Assembly (NCBI GenBank): GCA_947259355.1
Contig: CAMYMF010000014.1
Span: 9,180-73,179 of the forward strand
Length of the DNA stretch: 64,000 nucleotides
Direction of reading: 5' to 3'
DNA from: an uncultured Nitrospirota bacterium
GTDB taxonomy: Bacteria; CG2-30-53-67
Shown here piece by piece: positions 8,300 through 16,879 of the stretch. Every line of letters begins with the position of its first letter. Positions within the stretch are counted from its first letter, which is position 1. Below the pieces are notes generated by a model. The model worked only from the letters and a program-made list of their open reading frames with translations. It had not been told where the DNA came from and searched no databases. Both the position numbers and the translations under genes were made by a program.

Positions 8300-10535
8300 A
8301 ATCAAAAACGAGGTCAACTGCCGCGCTTTCAATCACATTCTCATCTACCTCGAAGAGAATTTTGGGCGCGGGGGGCTTCAGGAGTTGATCGAGAAGACCG
8401 GTATGACCGTGGCCTATCTACGGGATCAGAACAACTGGGTCTCCTGGTCATACTACTGCGATCTGCTCGAGGAGCTGGTGGCCTGGACGGGCGATCCCGG
8501 CGCCCCTTTCAAGGCCGGGACCTATTCGGGCGACAAGCGGGCGTGGGGGTATCTCCACTACGTCTTTTACGCCTTCGGCAACGTGGGGCGCGTGCTGAAG
8601 AAAGCCTCCGAGATCGTCCCCCACTTCAACCGTGGGGCCGAGTGGACCATGCTCGATCTTCAGAAGAACCGGGCGACCATTCGGATACGGATGAAGGAGG
8701 GCTATCCGGCCCGGCGGGTCTGCTGCGAAAGCCGCATGGGGCAGGCCGTTGGTATCCCCAAGGCGTTCGCCATGCCGCCCGGCCGTGCGCGGGAGACCCA
8801 GTGCCAGGCCCAGGGGGCGGATGCCTGTGTCATGGAGGTGGCATGGCTGAACCGCCCGCAGAAACTCTACGGGATCATTGGCGCTCTTCTCGGGGTGCTG
8901 GCCGGCATTGTCTTTCGTGTTGCGGCTCCCGATCATCCCGGGAACATCTTTGCTGCTGCTCTCATCGTGCTCACCGGCTACCTCGCCGGGCGGCATCTCG
9001 ATTACCGGCGGAGCGAAGCCGGCAATGCGCAGATCAATGCGGAGCAGACGGAGGCGCTGGAGGAGTCGGTCAAAACGATCGAGAAAAAGTATGAGGAGCT
9101 GGAGCGGGCCAACGACGGGCTCTTTGCCCTTCAGGAGATCAGCCGGGCCATCACATCCACCCTGCAGCTCGATGAGGTTCTGCAAAAAGTGCTCAAGATG
9201 GCGGTGGAGCGTCTCGGCTTCGATCGCGCAGTGGTCATGCTCGTGGACGAGAAGGAGGGCGTCCTTCGGGAAGGGCGCATCCACGGGGACGAGTCCCTGG
9301 TGGACTATGTGCGCCAGCTTCAGATCTGCATCAGTCCGCGATCACCGGTGGCCGAGCAGGTGCTCTACCGAAGGCAGGGCCAGATCGTCACCCCGGAATA
9401 CATTGCGTCCCAGAATGCCACGCCCTTGGAGAAGCAGATCTTTGAGATAACCCAGACGCCGGAGTATGTGGTGGCGCCGCTTGTGAGCCGGGAGCGGCTT
9501 CTCGGTATTTTGGCGGCCGACCGCGCGCGCTCCGAGGTCCCCATCAAAGAGCAAGACAGAGAGCTGATGGTCAGCCTGGCGAATCAGGTGGCCGTGGCCA
9601 TTGAGAATGCCCGCTCCTTTCTGACCATCGAGGATCTCAACCTCAACCTGGAACGCAGAATCACGGAGCGGACGCAGGCCCTGGAGACGTCCCTCATGGA
9701 GCTGACCGAAGCGCAGGAGCAGCTGATCCACACCGAGAAGATGTCATCCCTGGGGCTCCTCATGTCCGGGGTCGCGCACGAAATCAACAATCCCATCAAT
9801 TTTGCCCACAACGGTCTGCAGGCGATGCAGCAGACACTTCGCAGGATTGAGGCTCTCTCCCGAGCGACCTTCAAGCGCTCGGATAGGCAAACCGCGGATG
9901 CCGCAGGGAAAGGAGCACTCGACGAGGCTCTCAGGGATTCACAGCGCATCATGGAAATCATCCAGACCGGCCTGAACCGCACGCGCAATCTCGTGGCGAG
10001 CCTCAAGCACTTCTCCCGCCGTCAAGGGCGGGACCGGGAGTATATCTCCCTCGAATCGTCGTTGCAATCGGCCCTCACGATTCTGAGCCATGAAATGGCC
10101 GATCGGATTGTCGTTGAGATGGATGTGCGCGCCCGTGCAACGATCTTCGGTCATCCCGATCAGCTCAGCCAGGCCTTCCTGAACCTGATCCACAATGCCA
10201 TCCAAGCCATCCCGGAGACGGGTCATATATGGATCACGGTGGACGCGTCCGATACCGGCAGTGCTCAGCTGAGCATCCGGGACGACGGCAAAGGCATCGC
10301 GCCCGAGGATCTGCCCCGGATCTTCGAGCCCTTTTTCACCACCAAGAAATCAGGCGAGGGAACCGGTCTGGGGATGAGCATCTGCCGCCGGATCATTGAA
10401 AACCACGGCGGAACCATCGAGATATCGAGCCGGCTCGGGGAGGGCACAGAGGTCGCCGTGAAGCTTCCGGTGAGCCGCGAGGAGCAGGCGCGTGACGCGG
10501 GCCTGCCGCGGGAGAAGTCGATTGGAGCCGATTGA
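8154..10535 (+). CDS. sensor histidine kinase (V4R-like N-terminal domain, 2 TM segments, GAF, HisKA, HATPase)
   Basis: H-box GVAHEINNPINF, G-box GEGTGLGMS, and a GAF-like region (LGFDRAVVMLVDE...). The N-terminal domain ends in ETQCQAQGADACVMEV. The start is uncertain; an alternative is TTG at 8280. Confidence 0.85.
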   Translation: MKRPTSNLTPRCTEGLPPESPPGPAGPLPPATGAQRGPEEEPLTIDPSKIKNEVNCRAFNHILIYLEENFGRGGLQELIEKTGMTVAYLRDQNNWVSWSYYCDLLEELVAWTGDPGAPFKAGTYSGDKRAWGYLHYVFYAFGNVGRVLKKASEIVPHFNRGAEWTMLDLQKNRATIRIRMKEGYPARRVCCESRMGQAVGIPKAFAMPPGRARETQCQAQGADACVMEVAWLNRPQKLYGIIGALLGVLAGIVFRVAAPDHPGNIFAAALIVLTGYLAGRHLDYRRSEAGNAQINAEQTEALEESVKTIEKKYEELERANDGLFALQEISRAITSTLQLDEVLQKVLKMAVERLGFDRAVVMLVDEKEGVLREGRIHGDESLVDYVRQLQICISPRSPVAEQVLYRRQGQIVTPEYIASQNATPLEKQIFEITQTPEYVVAPLVSRERLLGILAADRARSEVPIKEQDRELMVSLANQVAVAIENARSFLTIEDLNLNLERRITERTQALETSLMELTEAQEQLIHTEKMSSLGLLMSGVAHEINNPINFAHNGLQAMQQTLRRIEALSRATFKRSDRQTADAAGKGALDEALRDSQRIMEIIQTGLNRTRNLVASLKHFSRRQGRDREYISLESSLQSALTILSHEMADRIVVEMDVRARATIFGHPDQLSQAFLNLIHNAIQAIPETGHIWITVDASDTGSAQLSIRDDGKGIAPEDLPRIFEPFFTTKKSGEGTGLGMSICRRIIENHGGTIEISSRLGEGTEVAVKLPVSREEQARDAGLPREKSIGAD

Positions 10536-11262
10536 CTACAAGGCCTATCCCATTCTCTTTGTCGATGATGAGTCGGAGAACCTGGATATCTTCTCCATCA
10601 ATTTCCGGGATACCTTCACCATCCGAACGGCGCAGAGTGGCCCCGAAGGTTTGGCCCTGTTGGCGCGCGAGTCGGTGGCGCTGGTTCTCTCGGACCAGCG
10701 GATGCCCGACATGTCGGGCATCCAGTTCCTTCACGAGGTGCAACGGCGCCATCCAGATATTGTCCGGGTCCTCGTGACGGCCTACTCTGATCTGGATTTC
10801 GCCAGCGAGGAGACCGCCGCCGGTCCTTTACTCTACGGCTATGTCCTGAAGCCCTGGGAGGGGAAGCTGCTCCGGATGCTCCTGATGCGGGGGATCGAGC
10901 AGTTCCATCTCGTGTCCACCCTCAAGCGTTTGCAGGCGGCGTCGACCGCGCAGCATTCCTTCTCCGATAGAGCACCCGAGATGGTTCGGGAAATTGAACG
11001 TGCGCTGGCAGCCCTTCGGAGCTATTTGGAGAAGATTCCCAAGAACATCGCGGTCCTGCGCCTTTCCGACCCGGGTGGTCTGGATCACGCATTCTGGGCA
11101 AAGGCTGGAACCCTCTGCCGTCAAGAACTGACCCGAATCCGTTCCCGTGTGGCCGAGTTGTACAACCTGGGGGCCAGCTGCCGGGTTGACGGAAAAGCCC
11201 ATCAGGATGGCGAGAACGCTCCCGGAGAGGGCGGTGGCCGAAGAGACAGGGAGCGGCCATAA
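10492..11262 (+). CDS. response regulator (REC domain plus uncharacterised C-terminal domain)
   Basis: ILFVDDE...LSDQRMPDMSG...LVTAY receiver motifs. The ORF overlaps the end of the kinase gene. The start is uncertain. Confidence 0.75.
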   Translation: MTRACRGRSRLEPIDYKAYPILFVDDESENLDIFSINFRDTFTIRTAQSGPEGLALLARESVALVLSDQRMPDMSGIQFLHEVQRRHPDIVRVLVTAYSDLDFASEETAAGPLLYGYVLKPWEGKLLRMLLMRGIEQFHLVSTLKRLQAASTAQHSFSDRAPEMVREIERALAALRSYLEKIPKNIAVLRLSDPGGLDHAFWAKAGTLCRQELTRIRSRVAELYNLGASCRVDGKAHQDGENAPGEGGGRRDRERP

Positions 11263-11355
11263 GGCTTCTCATCGGGTCCTGAGAGCCACTCTTTTCTGGA
11301 TGAATTTTCTGCGCATGGCGGCGTCCAAAGTGTCAGAATAAGGCCCGGAAAGAAC

Positions 11356-11384
11356 TTGACGCCCATGGGGGCCAGGGATATACT
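11356..11384 (+). promoter_or_regulatory. candidate sigma-70 promoter of the OmpA-like gene
   Basis: TTGACG (11356-11361), 17-nt spacer, TATACT (11379-11384), 42 nt upstream of the ATG. Confidence 0.45.
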
Positions 11385-11425
11385 TCAATCTGATGTAGAT
11401 TAAGGATTACAAAGGGAGGGTAGAC

Positions 11426-12130
11426 ATGAAGAGAATGAGACAGTTGGTGATCTTGCTGATGGCGGCGGCTTTCGTCTTTTCCATGACCGGCTGCGCCCAG
11501 TGGCAGCAGTCAACGAAGACGACCAAGGGGGCCGTAACCGGTGCGGCGGTGGGGGCCGCCACGGGCTATCTGCTCAAACAGAACGATCCCTCCCGGCGGG
11601 CCAAGGCCACTGCCATTGGCGCGGCGGTGGGCGCGGCGGCGGGCGGTCTGGTTGGGCGCTACATGGAGAACCAGGCGCGAGAGCTTCAGGATATTCGGGA
11701 CGCGCAGGTCCGGCTCGAACAGGACAAAGTTTTTCTCACATTTGAGAGCGGGATCCTCTTCGACGTGAACTCGACGGCCATGAAGCCTGGGGCCATGCAG
11801 AACCTGAACAAGGTGGCCGACGTGATGACCCGCTATCCTGAGACGAACATACTCGTTGCAGGCCACACCGACAGCAGCGGTTCGGATCAGTACAACCAGA
11901 GGCTCTCAGAGGACCGAGCCCGCTCCGTGGCCAACTACCTGGGCTCCCATGGGGTCAGTTCATACCGGATCAGCACGGTGGGCTATGGTGAGTCGATGCC
12001 GATCGCGAGCAACAACACCCCGGAGGGGCGACAGGCCAACCGCCGAGTGGAAATCGAGATCAAAGCCAATCAGGCCCTTTACGAGCAGCAGCAACAGCAG
12101 ATGCCGGCCGGAGGGTATCCGGGGCGTTAG
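11426..12130 (+). CDS. OmpA-family lipoprotein (glycine-zipper plus OmpA_C peptidoglycan-binding domain)
   Basis: Lipobox FSMTGC. Gly/Ala-rich zipper. OmpA_C motif NILVAGHTDSSGSDQYNQRLSEDRARSV...NRRVEIEI. RBS AGGGAGGG. Confidence 0.9.
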   Translation: MKRMRQLVILLMAAAFVFSMTGCAQWQQSTKTTKGAVTGAAVGAATGYLLKQNDPSRRAKATAIGAAVGAAAGGLVGRYMENQARELQDIRDAQVRLEQDKVFLTFESGILFDVNSTAMKPGAMQNLNKVADVMTRYPETNILVAGHTDSSGSDQYNQRLSEDRARSVANYLGSHGVSSYRISTVGYGESMPIASNNTPEGRQANRRVEIEIKANQALYEQQQQQMPAGGYPGR

Positions 12131-12165
12131 GCGTCCGGGCGTCACAGCCTGAGTGATCCCATGAG

Positions 12166-12201
12166 CGGCCCTGAAGATACCGTCGGGGCCGTTCTTTTTT
12201 T
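12166..12201 (+). terminator. rho-independent terminator candidate
   Basis: Stem CGGCCC (12166-12171) pairs with GGGCCG (12186-12191), followed by TTCTTTTTTT. The loop is long (14 nt). Confidence 0.5.
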
Positions 12202-12580
12202 CCTTCCCCGTGAAGCGGAATCGTTTCCCCAATCCCCACTTGCGGCCGAAAACCAATGCAGAATCGACAATATGCCGATTCCTGAATCTAGCGTGAAACC
12301 CTGCTGCCGGCGGCAGACATTCTTGTCCGCACCCGGAATCAGGTCTGTATCTCTGGATCCGGAGGGCATTTTGAATCGCGCGTCTTCGCTGGCGTTCCTG
12401 TGCCCGTATCCCTGTTGTTGCTCGGCAGCCCCGTCGTGGGCGGGTCGGTTTTTCCAGGAAAGTGAACAAGAGAACCAAGCGTTGCAGACAAAGAATCCCC
12501 ATCGCCCCCCTGTGAATCCTCCAGACGGCTCTTTCCGGAAAGAGCGTCGTCTTTTGTATCACTTCACATACGATAATCGG

Positions 12581-12610
12581 TTGACAAGGCCTCGCGAAAC
12601 GTCATAAGAT
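12581..12610 (+). promoter_or_regulatory. candidate sigma-70 promoter of the HAMP kinase operon
   Basis: TTGACA (12581-12586), 17/18-nt spacer, ATAAGAT (12604-12610), about 35 nt before the ATG at 12644. Confidence 0.4.
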
Positions 12611-12643
12611 CACCTTCGATTTCCCCCATCGGGGCCCGATACA

Positions 12644-14161
12644 ATGAAACTGACTTTGACCAGAAAGGTCTTTCTCGGCTACTTCCTGATGATCTGTCTG
12701 GTGGTGGTGGAGGGGGCCTATGCCATTTTTGAGCTCAACCGGCTCAACCAGCTCTCCCGCTCCATGGTTCGGGGCGAGGTGGCCTCCCTCGAACTGGAGA
12801 AAAAGCTCATCGATCTTTTTCTCTCAGAGGTGAGCCACGAGAAGAAGTATCTGGTCGTGCAGGACCCCGATTTCCTGGAGCTTGCTCTCTCCAAGAGCCG
12901 TGAGTTCGAGGAGACCCTCCTGCGGTTGACAGCGGGCGCTGCAGGGGGTGCAGCCTTGTCTGAACTGGAGGCAGTCCGGGATCTACACGATCGCCACGTT
13001 CAGAGTTTCACCGCCGCTCTGGAGGAGGCCAAGCCGGGTGCGGGCAAGAAACTTCAGGACCCATCGGGCTGGACCACGTCGAGTGAGTCGGGCGTCCGGG
13101 CAGTGACCCGCAAGATCGAGTCACTGATCCGGACGGAAGAAATGGAAATGGCCCGCAAGATGGGGCAGGCCCAGCTCATCAGCTGGCGGGCTTACAAGAT
13201 CACCATTGGCATCCTGATCTCCATGGGAGCCTTCGGCCTGATCACTGCCTGGCTGCTCACCCGCAGCATACGCGTTCCCATCCAGAAGCTAACCCGCGGC
13301 ACGCGTGACATCGCGCAGGGGGTTTTCGAAAACCGCATCGAAGTGAGCTCGCGCGATGAGTTTGCCGATCTGGCGGGCGCCTTCAACGCGATGACGGGCA
13401 AGCTGGCCGAGCTCGAGAAGGTGAAGCGGGAGATCATCTCCAACATTTCCCATGAGCTGCGCACTCCCCTGACCTCCATGAAGGAGGCCACCGAACTTCT
13501 CTACGACCAGGTGCCCGGGCCAGTCAACGATACCCAGAAACGGCTACTCGGGATCATCCGGGAGGGCATCGGTAAGCTGGTGCGAATGATCAACAATCTG
13601 CTCGACCTGTCGAAGATCCGAGCCGGGATGATGCAGTATCATTTCGAAAAGGGAGACGTCGCCCATGTCATCTCAGTGGCCAGGGCGAACGTTCGTTTTC
13701 TGGCGGAGCTGCGGTGGCTGGTTTTGGAGGTCGACATTGAACCGGGGCTGCCTCCCCTCTACATGGATTCGGACAAGATTGAACAGGTGTTGAACAACCT
13801 TCTCAGCAACGCGATCAAGTTCACCCCCGAGGGAGGCCGCATCCGGATTCGTGCGTCACGTTCCTCCTTCGTTCCAAAGACGGGCGCCTCACCCGTGGAG
13901 GTGGTAAGGGTCTGCGTGGAAGACAACGGCACGGGCATTGACTCCGAGCAACTCACGGGAATCTTCGACCGTTACCAGCAGGCCGATCCGGCCCTGGGGA
14001 TCGGGACCCAGATCAAAGGGACCGGCCTGGGCCTTTCCATCTGCAAATACTACGTCGAAGAGCACGGCGGCAGGATCTGGGCCGAAAGCGAAGACGGCGC
14101 GGGAAGCCGATTCTATTTCGATCTTCCGTTGAAGGCAAAGCGCGAGGTGGTTCCTGCATGA
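12644..14161 (+). CDS. HAMP-domain sensor histidine kinase
   Basis: H-box ISHELRTPLTS, N-box LLSNAIKFTP, G-box GTGLGLSICK. There is one TM segment at each end of a periplasmic-type region. Confidence 0.9.
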   Translation: MKLTLTRKVFLGYFLMICLVVVEGAYAIFELNRLNQLSRSMVRGEVASLELEKKLIDLFLSEVSHEKKYLVVQDPDFLELALSKSREFEETLLRLTAGAAGGAALSELEAVRDLHDRHVQSFTAALEEAKPGAGKKLQDPSGWTTSSESGVRAVTRKIESLIRTEEMEMARKMGQAQLISWRAYKITIGILISMGAFGLITAWLLTRSIRVPIQKLTRGTRDIAQGVFENRIEVSSRDEFADLAGAFNAMTGKLAELEKVKREIISNISHELRTPLTSMKEATELLYDQVPGPVNDTQKRLLGIIREGIGKLVRMINNLLDLSKIRAGMMQYHFEKGDVAHVISVARANVRFLAELRWLVLEVDIEPGLPPLYMDSDKIEQVLNNLLSNAIKFTPEGGRIRIRASRSSFVPKTGASPVEVVRVCVEDNGTGIDSEQLTGIFDRYQQADPALGIGTQIKGTGLGLSICKYYVEEHGGRIWAESEDGAGSRFYFDLPLKAKREVVPA

Positions 14162-14715
14162 AGCCGTCCTCTATCTATCAGATCCTTGCAGGCGCCTGTC
14201 TGCTGGCGCTGTTCGCGGCCTGTACGCTGCCGCCCTCTCTCCAAGGGGTTCTCGCAGAGCCCGATGATGGTCAGGGGGAGACAAATTTGCTCCTGCATCC
14301 CACCGACGAGTATTTCCTGAAGGTGGACCAGCTCTTCGCCGAAGGGAATTATCGCGACGCATTGCGTCGGACCCGTCGGATCTACAAGGAAGCTTCCGAC
14401 CCGGCGGTCGAAGAGGAGGCCCTCTTTCGCATAGCGGTGATTCTCTCTTACGGGGATAACCCGGATCGCAATTACAAGGAAGCGTCAGACTTTGCTCGTA
14501 ATTTCCTCAAACAGTATCCCGAAAGTCGGCGGACCCTGTCGATCAGATCAATTCTCACCCTGATTCTCGAAGTTCAGCGAGGAGAAGCGGAGATTTCCAC
14601 GCTCAAAGGCTACAACGCCATCCAGGAGGAGAAGATTCTGCGTCTCCAAGAGGATCTGCTGAAGATCAAGGAAATAGACGTGCAGCTCGAGGAACAGAAG
14701 AAGAAGCTGGAGTAG
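14158..14715 (+). CDS. lipoprotein with a TPR-like segment and C-terminal coiled coil (function unknown)
   Basis: Signal/lipobox LLALFAAC. ATGA overlap with the kinase stop. The heptad-like C-terminus EEKILRLQEDLLKIKEIDVQLEEQKKKLE. Confidence 0.6.
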   Translation: MKPSSIYQILAGACLLALFAACTLPPSLQGVLAEPDDGQGETNLLLHPTDEYFLKVDQLFAEGNYRDALRRTRRIYKEASDPAVEEEALFRIAVILSYGDNPDRNYKEASDFARNFLKQYPESRRTLSIRSILTLILEVQRGEAEISTLKGYNAIQEEKILRLQEDLLKIKEIDVQLEEQKKKLE

Positions 14716-14718
14716 CCC

Positions 14719-16083
14719 ATGAAGAAAGAACGGATTCTTGTCGTCGATGACGATCCGAATATTCTGGAAGTGCTGGCAATGCGCCTGGAGTCGAAGGGGT
14801 TCGATGCGGTCAAGGCCGAGAGCGCGGAGTCGGCCTTAGACCAGATGACGGGGCAGCCCTTCGATCTGGTCCTGACGGATCTTCGGATGTCGGGACTGGG
14901 CGGCATGGACCTGCTCGAACAGGTCCACGAGAAACACACCGAGACCCCCGTGATCATTCTCACTGCCCACGGCACCATCCCCAATGCTGTGGAAGCCATG
15001 CAGAAGGGGGCATTCAGTTACTTGACCAAACCCTTTGAGGATCGGGAACTCTCCATTCACATTGCCCGTGCGCTGGAGAAACGGAACCTGACGCGCAAGA
15101 TACACAACCTGGAAACCCTCGTGGAGGACCGATTCAGCTTCAAGAATATCGTTGGCAAGGGGCAGGCCATGCAGGCCATATTCGAACAGATCTCTCAGGT
15201 GAGTCCCACCGATTCGACGATTCTCCTGACCGGGGAAAGCGGTACCGGTAAGGAGCTCTTTGCCCGGGCTATTCACGCGCGCAGTCATCGCGCGGCCGGG
15301 CCGTTCATCGCGGTGAACTGTGGTGCCATTCCGGAAAACCTGCTGGAGAACGAACTGTTCGGCCATGCCAAGGGGGCCTACACCGGGGCCCATGCCAGCC
15401 AGGAAGGCTTCTTTTCCCGGGCCGACGGCGGGACCATCTTTCTCGATGAAATCGGTGAGACCCCGCTCTCCATACAGGTCAAGTTGCTGCGCGTGCTGCA
15501 GGAAAAGGAGTTCGACCCGATCGGTTCGCAGCGCTCGGTCAAAGTCGATGTCCGTGTGCTGGCCGCGACCAATCAGAAGTTAGCAAAGGCCGTGCAGGCG
15601 GGAAGCTTCCGGGAGGACCTGTACTACCGGATTCAGGTGATCCCCATTCACATTCCCTCTCTGCGCGAACGCAAAGAGGACATCCCCTTTCTCATCGATC
15701 ACTTCATCCGCAAGTACGCAAGAATCATGAACAGGGATGTTTACGGCATCGATCCGAATGTGGTCCAGTTCCTGATGCAACGGGACTGGCCGGGCAATGT
15801 GCGGGAGCTGGAAAACCGAATCGAGCAGGCTATGGTGATGGCCCAGGGCACCACCCTGGGTCAGTCGGACTTCGTCTTGCTCCAGCAGAAACCTGAGCAG
15901 TCCGACTTCATGACGTTCAAGCAGGCCAAGAACGCTGTCGAAAAGCAGTATGTAACCCACCTGCTGAAACTGACGGGAGGCCATATTACCAATGCGGCGC
16001 AACTGGCGGGGAAACAGCGGGCCGACCTGTACAACCTGATGAAGAAGCACAAGATTCAGCGGAATGATTTCCGCGACACCTAG
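14719..16083 (+). CDS. sigma-54-dependent Fis-family response regulator (NtrC type)
   Basis: REC domain (LVLTDLRMSG), AAA+ Walker A GESGTGKE, sigma-54 contact loop GAYTGA, and a C-terminal HTH. Confidence 0.92.
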   Translation: MKKERILVVDDDPNILEVLAMRLESKGFDAVKAESAESALDQMTGQPFDLVLTDLRMSGLGGMDLLEQVHEKHTETPVIILTAHGTIPNAVEAMQKGAFSYLTKPFEDRELSIHIARALEKRNLTRKIHNLETLVEDRFSFKNIVGKGQAMQAIFEQISQVSPTDSTILLTGESGTGKELFARAIHARSHRAAGPFIAVNCGAIPENLLENELFGHAKGAYTGAHASQEGFFSRADGGTIFLDEIGETPLSIQVKLLRVLQEKEFDPIGSQRSVKVDVRVLAATNQKLAKAVQAGSFREDLYYRIQVIPIHIPSLRERKEDIPFLIDHFIRKYARIMNRDVYGIDPNVVQFLMQRDWPGNVRELENRIEQAMVMAQGTTLGQSDFVLLQQKPEQSDFMTFKQAKNAVEKQYVTHLLKLTGGHITNAAQLAGKQRADLYNLMKKHKIQRNDFRDT

Positions 16084-16086
16084 CCG

Positions 16087-16830
16087 ATGGAGACCTCTCT
16101 CGATACCCTCTCCACCGGTGACCTTCGGATTTTACAGCCCCGCATGGGATACCGCTATTCTCTAGATGCCCTGATACTGACCTTCTTCATGACGCTGCGT
16201 GCGCGAGCCTCGGCCATCGAGCTAGGCGCTGGCACCGGCATCATTGCCCTCGTCCTGGCGAAGCGATTCCCGGACTGCCGCATCGCGGCGGTGGAAATTC
16301 AGCAGCCCCTGTATGACCTGCTGGTCCGAAACATTGCACTCAACGGGTTGCGCGAGCGGATCGAACCCCAGCTGGGTGATGTGCGGGAGATTGACCGGTG
16401 GTACGGGCCGGCGAGTTTTGATACCGTTTGCGCCAATCCGCCCTATCGCAAGGTACGAAGCGGTCGGAGCAATCCCGATCGGGAAAAAGCCTTGGCCCGC
16501 CATGAGATCTGTCTCTCTCTGGATGAGCTGGTGCGGGCGGCGGCCTATCTCCTCGCGAAGCGGGGACGGTTTTTCCTGATCCACCGGCCCGAACGTCTGG
16601 CTGATCTCGTCCAAAAGCTCCGCCGCTGCAACCTCGAGCCGAAGCGAATGCGTACCGTTCACGCCTTCGCCACCTCGGCGCCCTCCTCTGTACTTCTGGA
16701 GGCTGTCAAGGGCGCGCGGCCCGGGATGACCATGGAAGGCCCTTTTGTGATCTACCGTGATCGCAGCAAAGAGTATTCGGAAGAAATGATGCAGATCTAT
16801 GCGTTTCGGGCTCCCGCTGGTGGTGTATGA
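16087..16830 (+). CDS. SAM-dependent N6-adenine methyltransferase (YfiC/TrmN6-like)
   Basis: SAM-binding motif ELGAGTGIIAL and catalytic NPPY (CANPPYRKV). The start lies 3 nt after the NtrC-type gene stop. Confidence 0.75.
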   Translation: METSLDTLSTGDLRILQPRMGYRYSLDALILTFFMTLRARASAIELGAGTGIIALVLAKRFPDCRIAAVEIQQPLYDLLVRNIALNGLRERIEPQLGDVREIDRWYGPASFDTVCANPPYRKVRSGRSNPDREKALARHEICLSLDELVRAAAYLLAKRGRFFLIHRPERLADLVQKLRRCNLEPKRMRTVHAFATSAPSSVLLEAVKGARPGMTMEGPFVIYRDRSKEYSEEMMQIYAFRAPAGGV

Positions 16831-16879
16831 GGAACTAGCCGGGGTGAAAGGCAGGAAAACGCCTCGCCCGGACAGCTTG

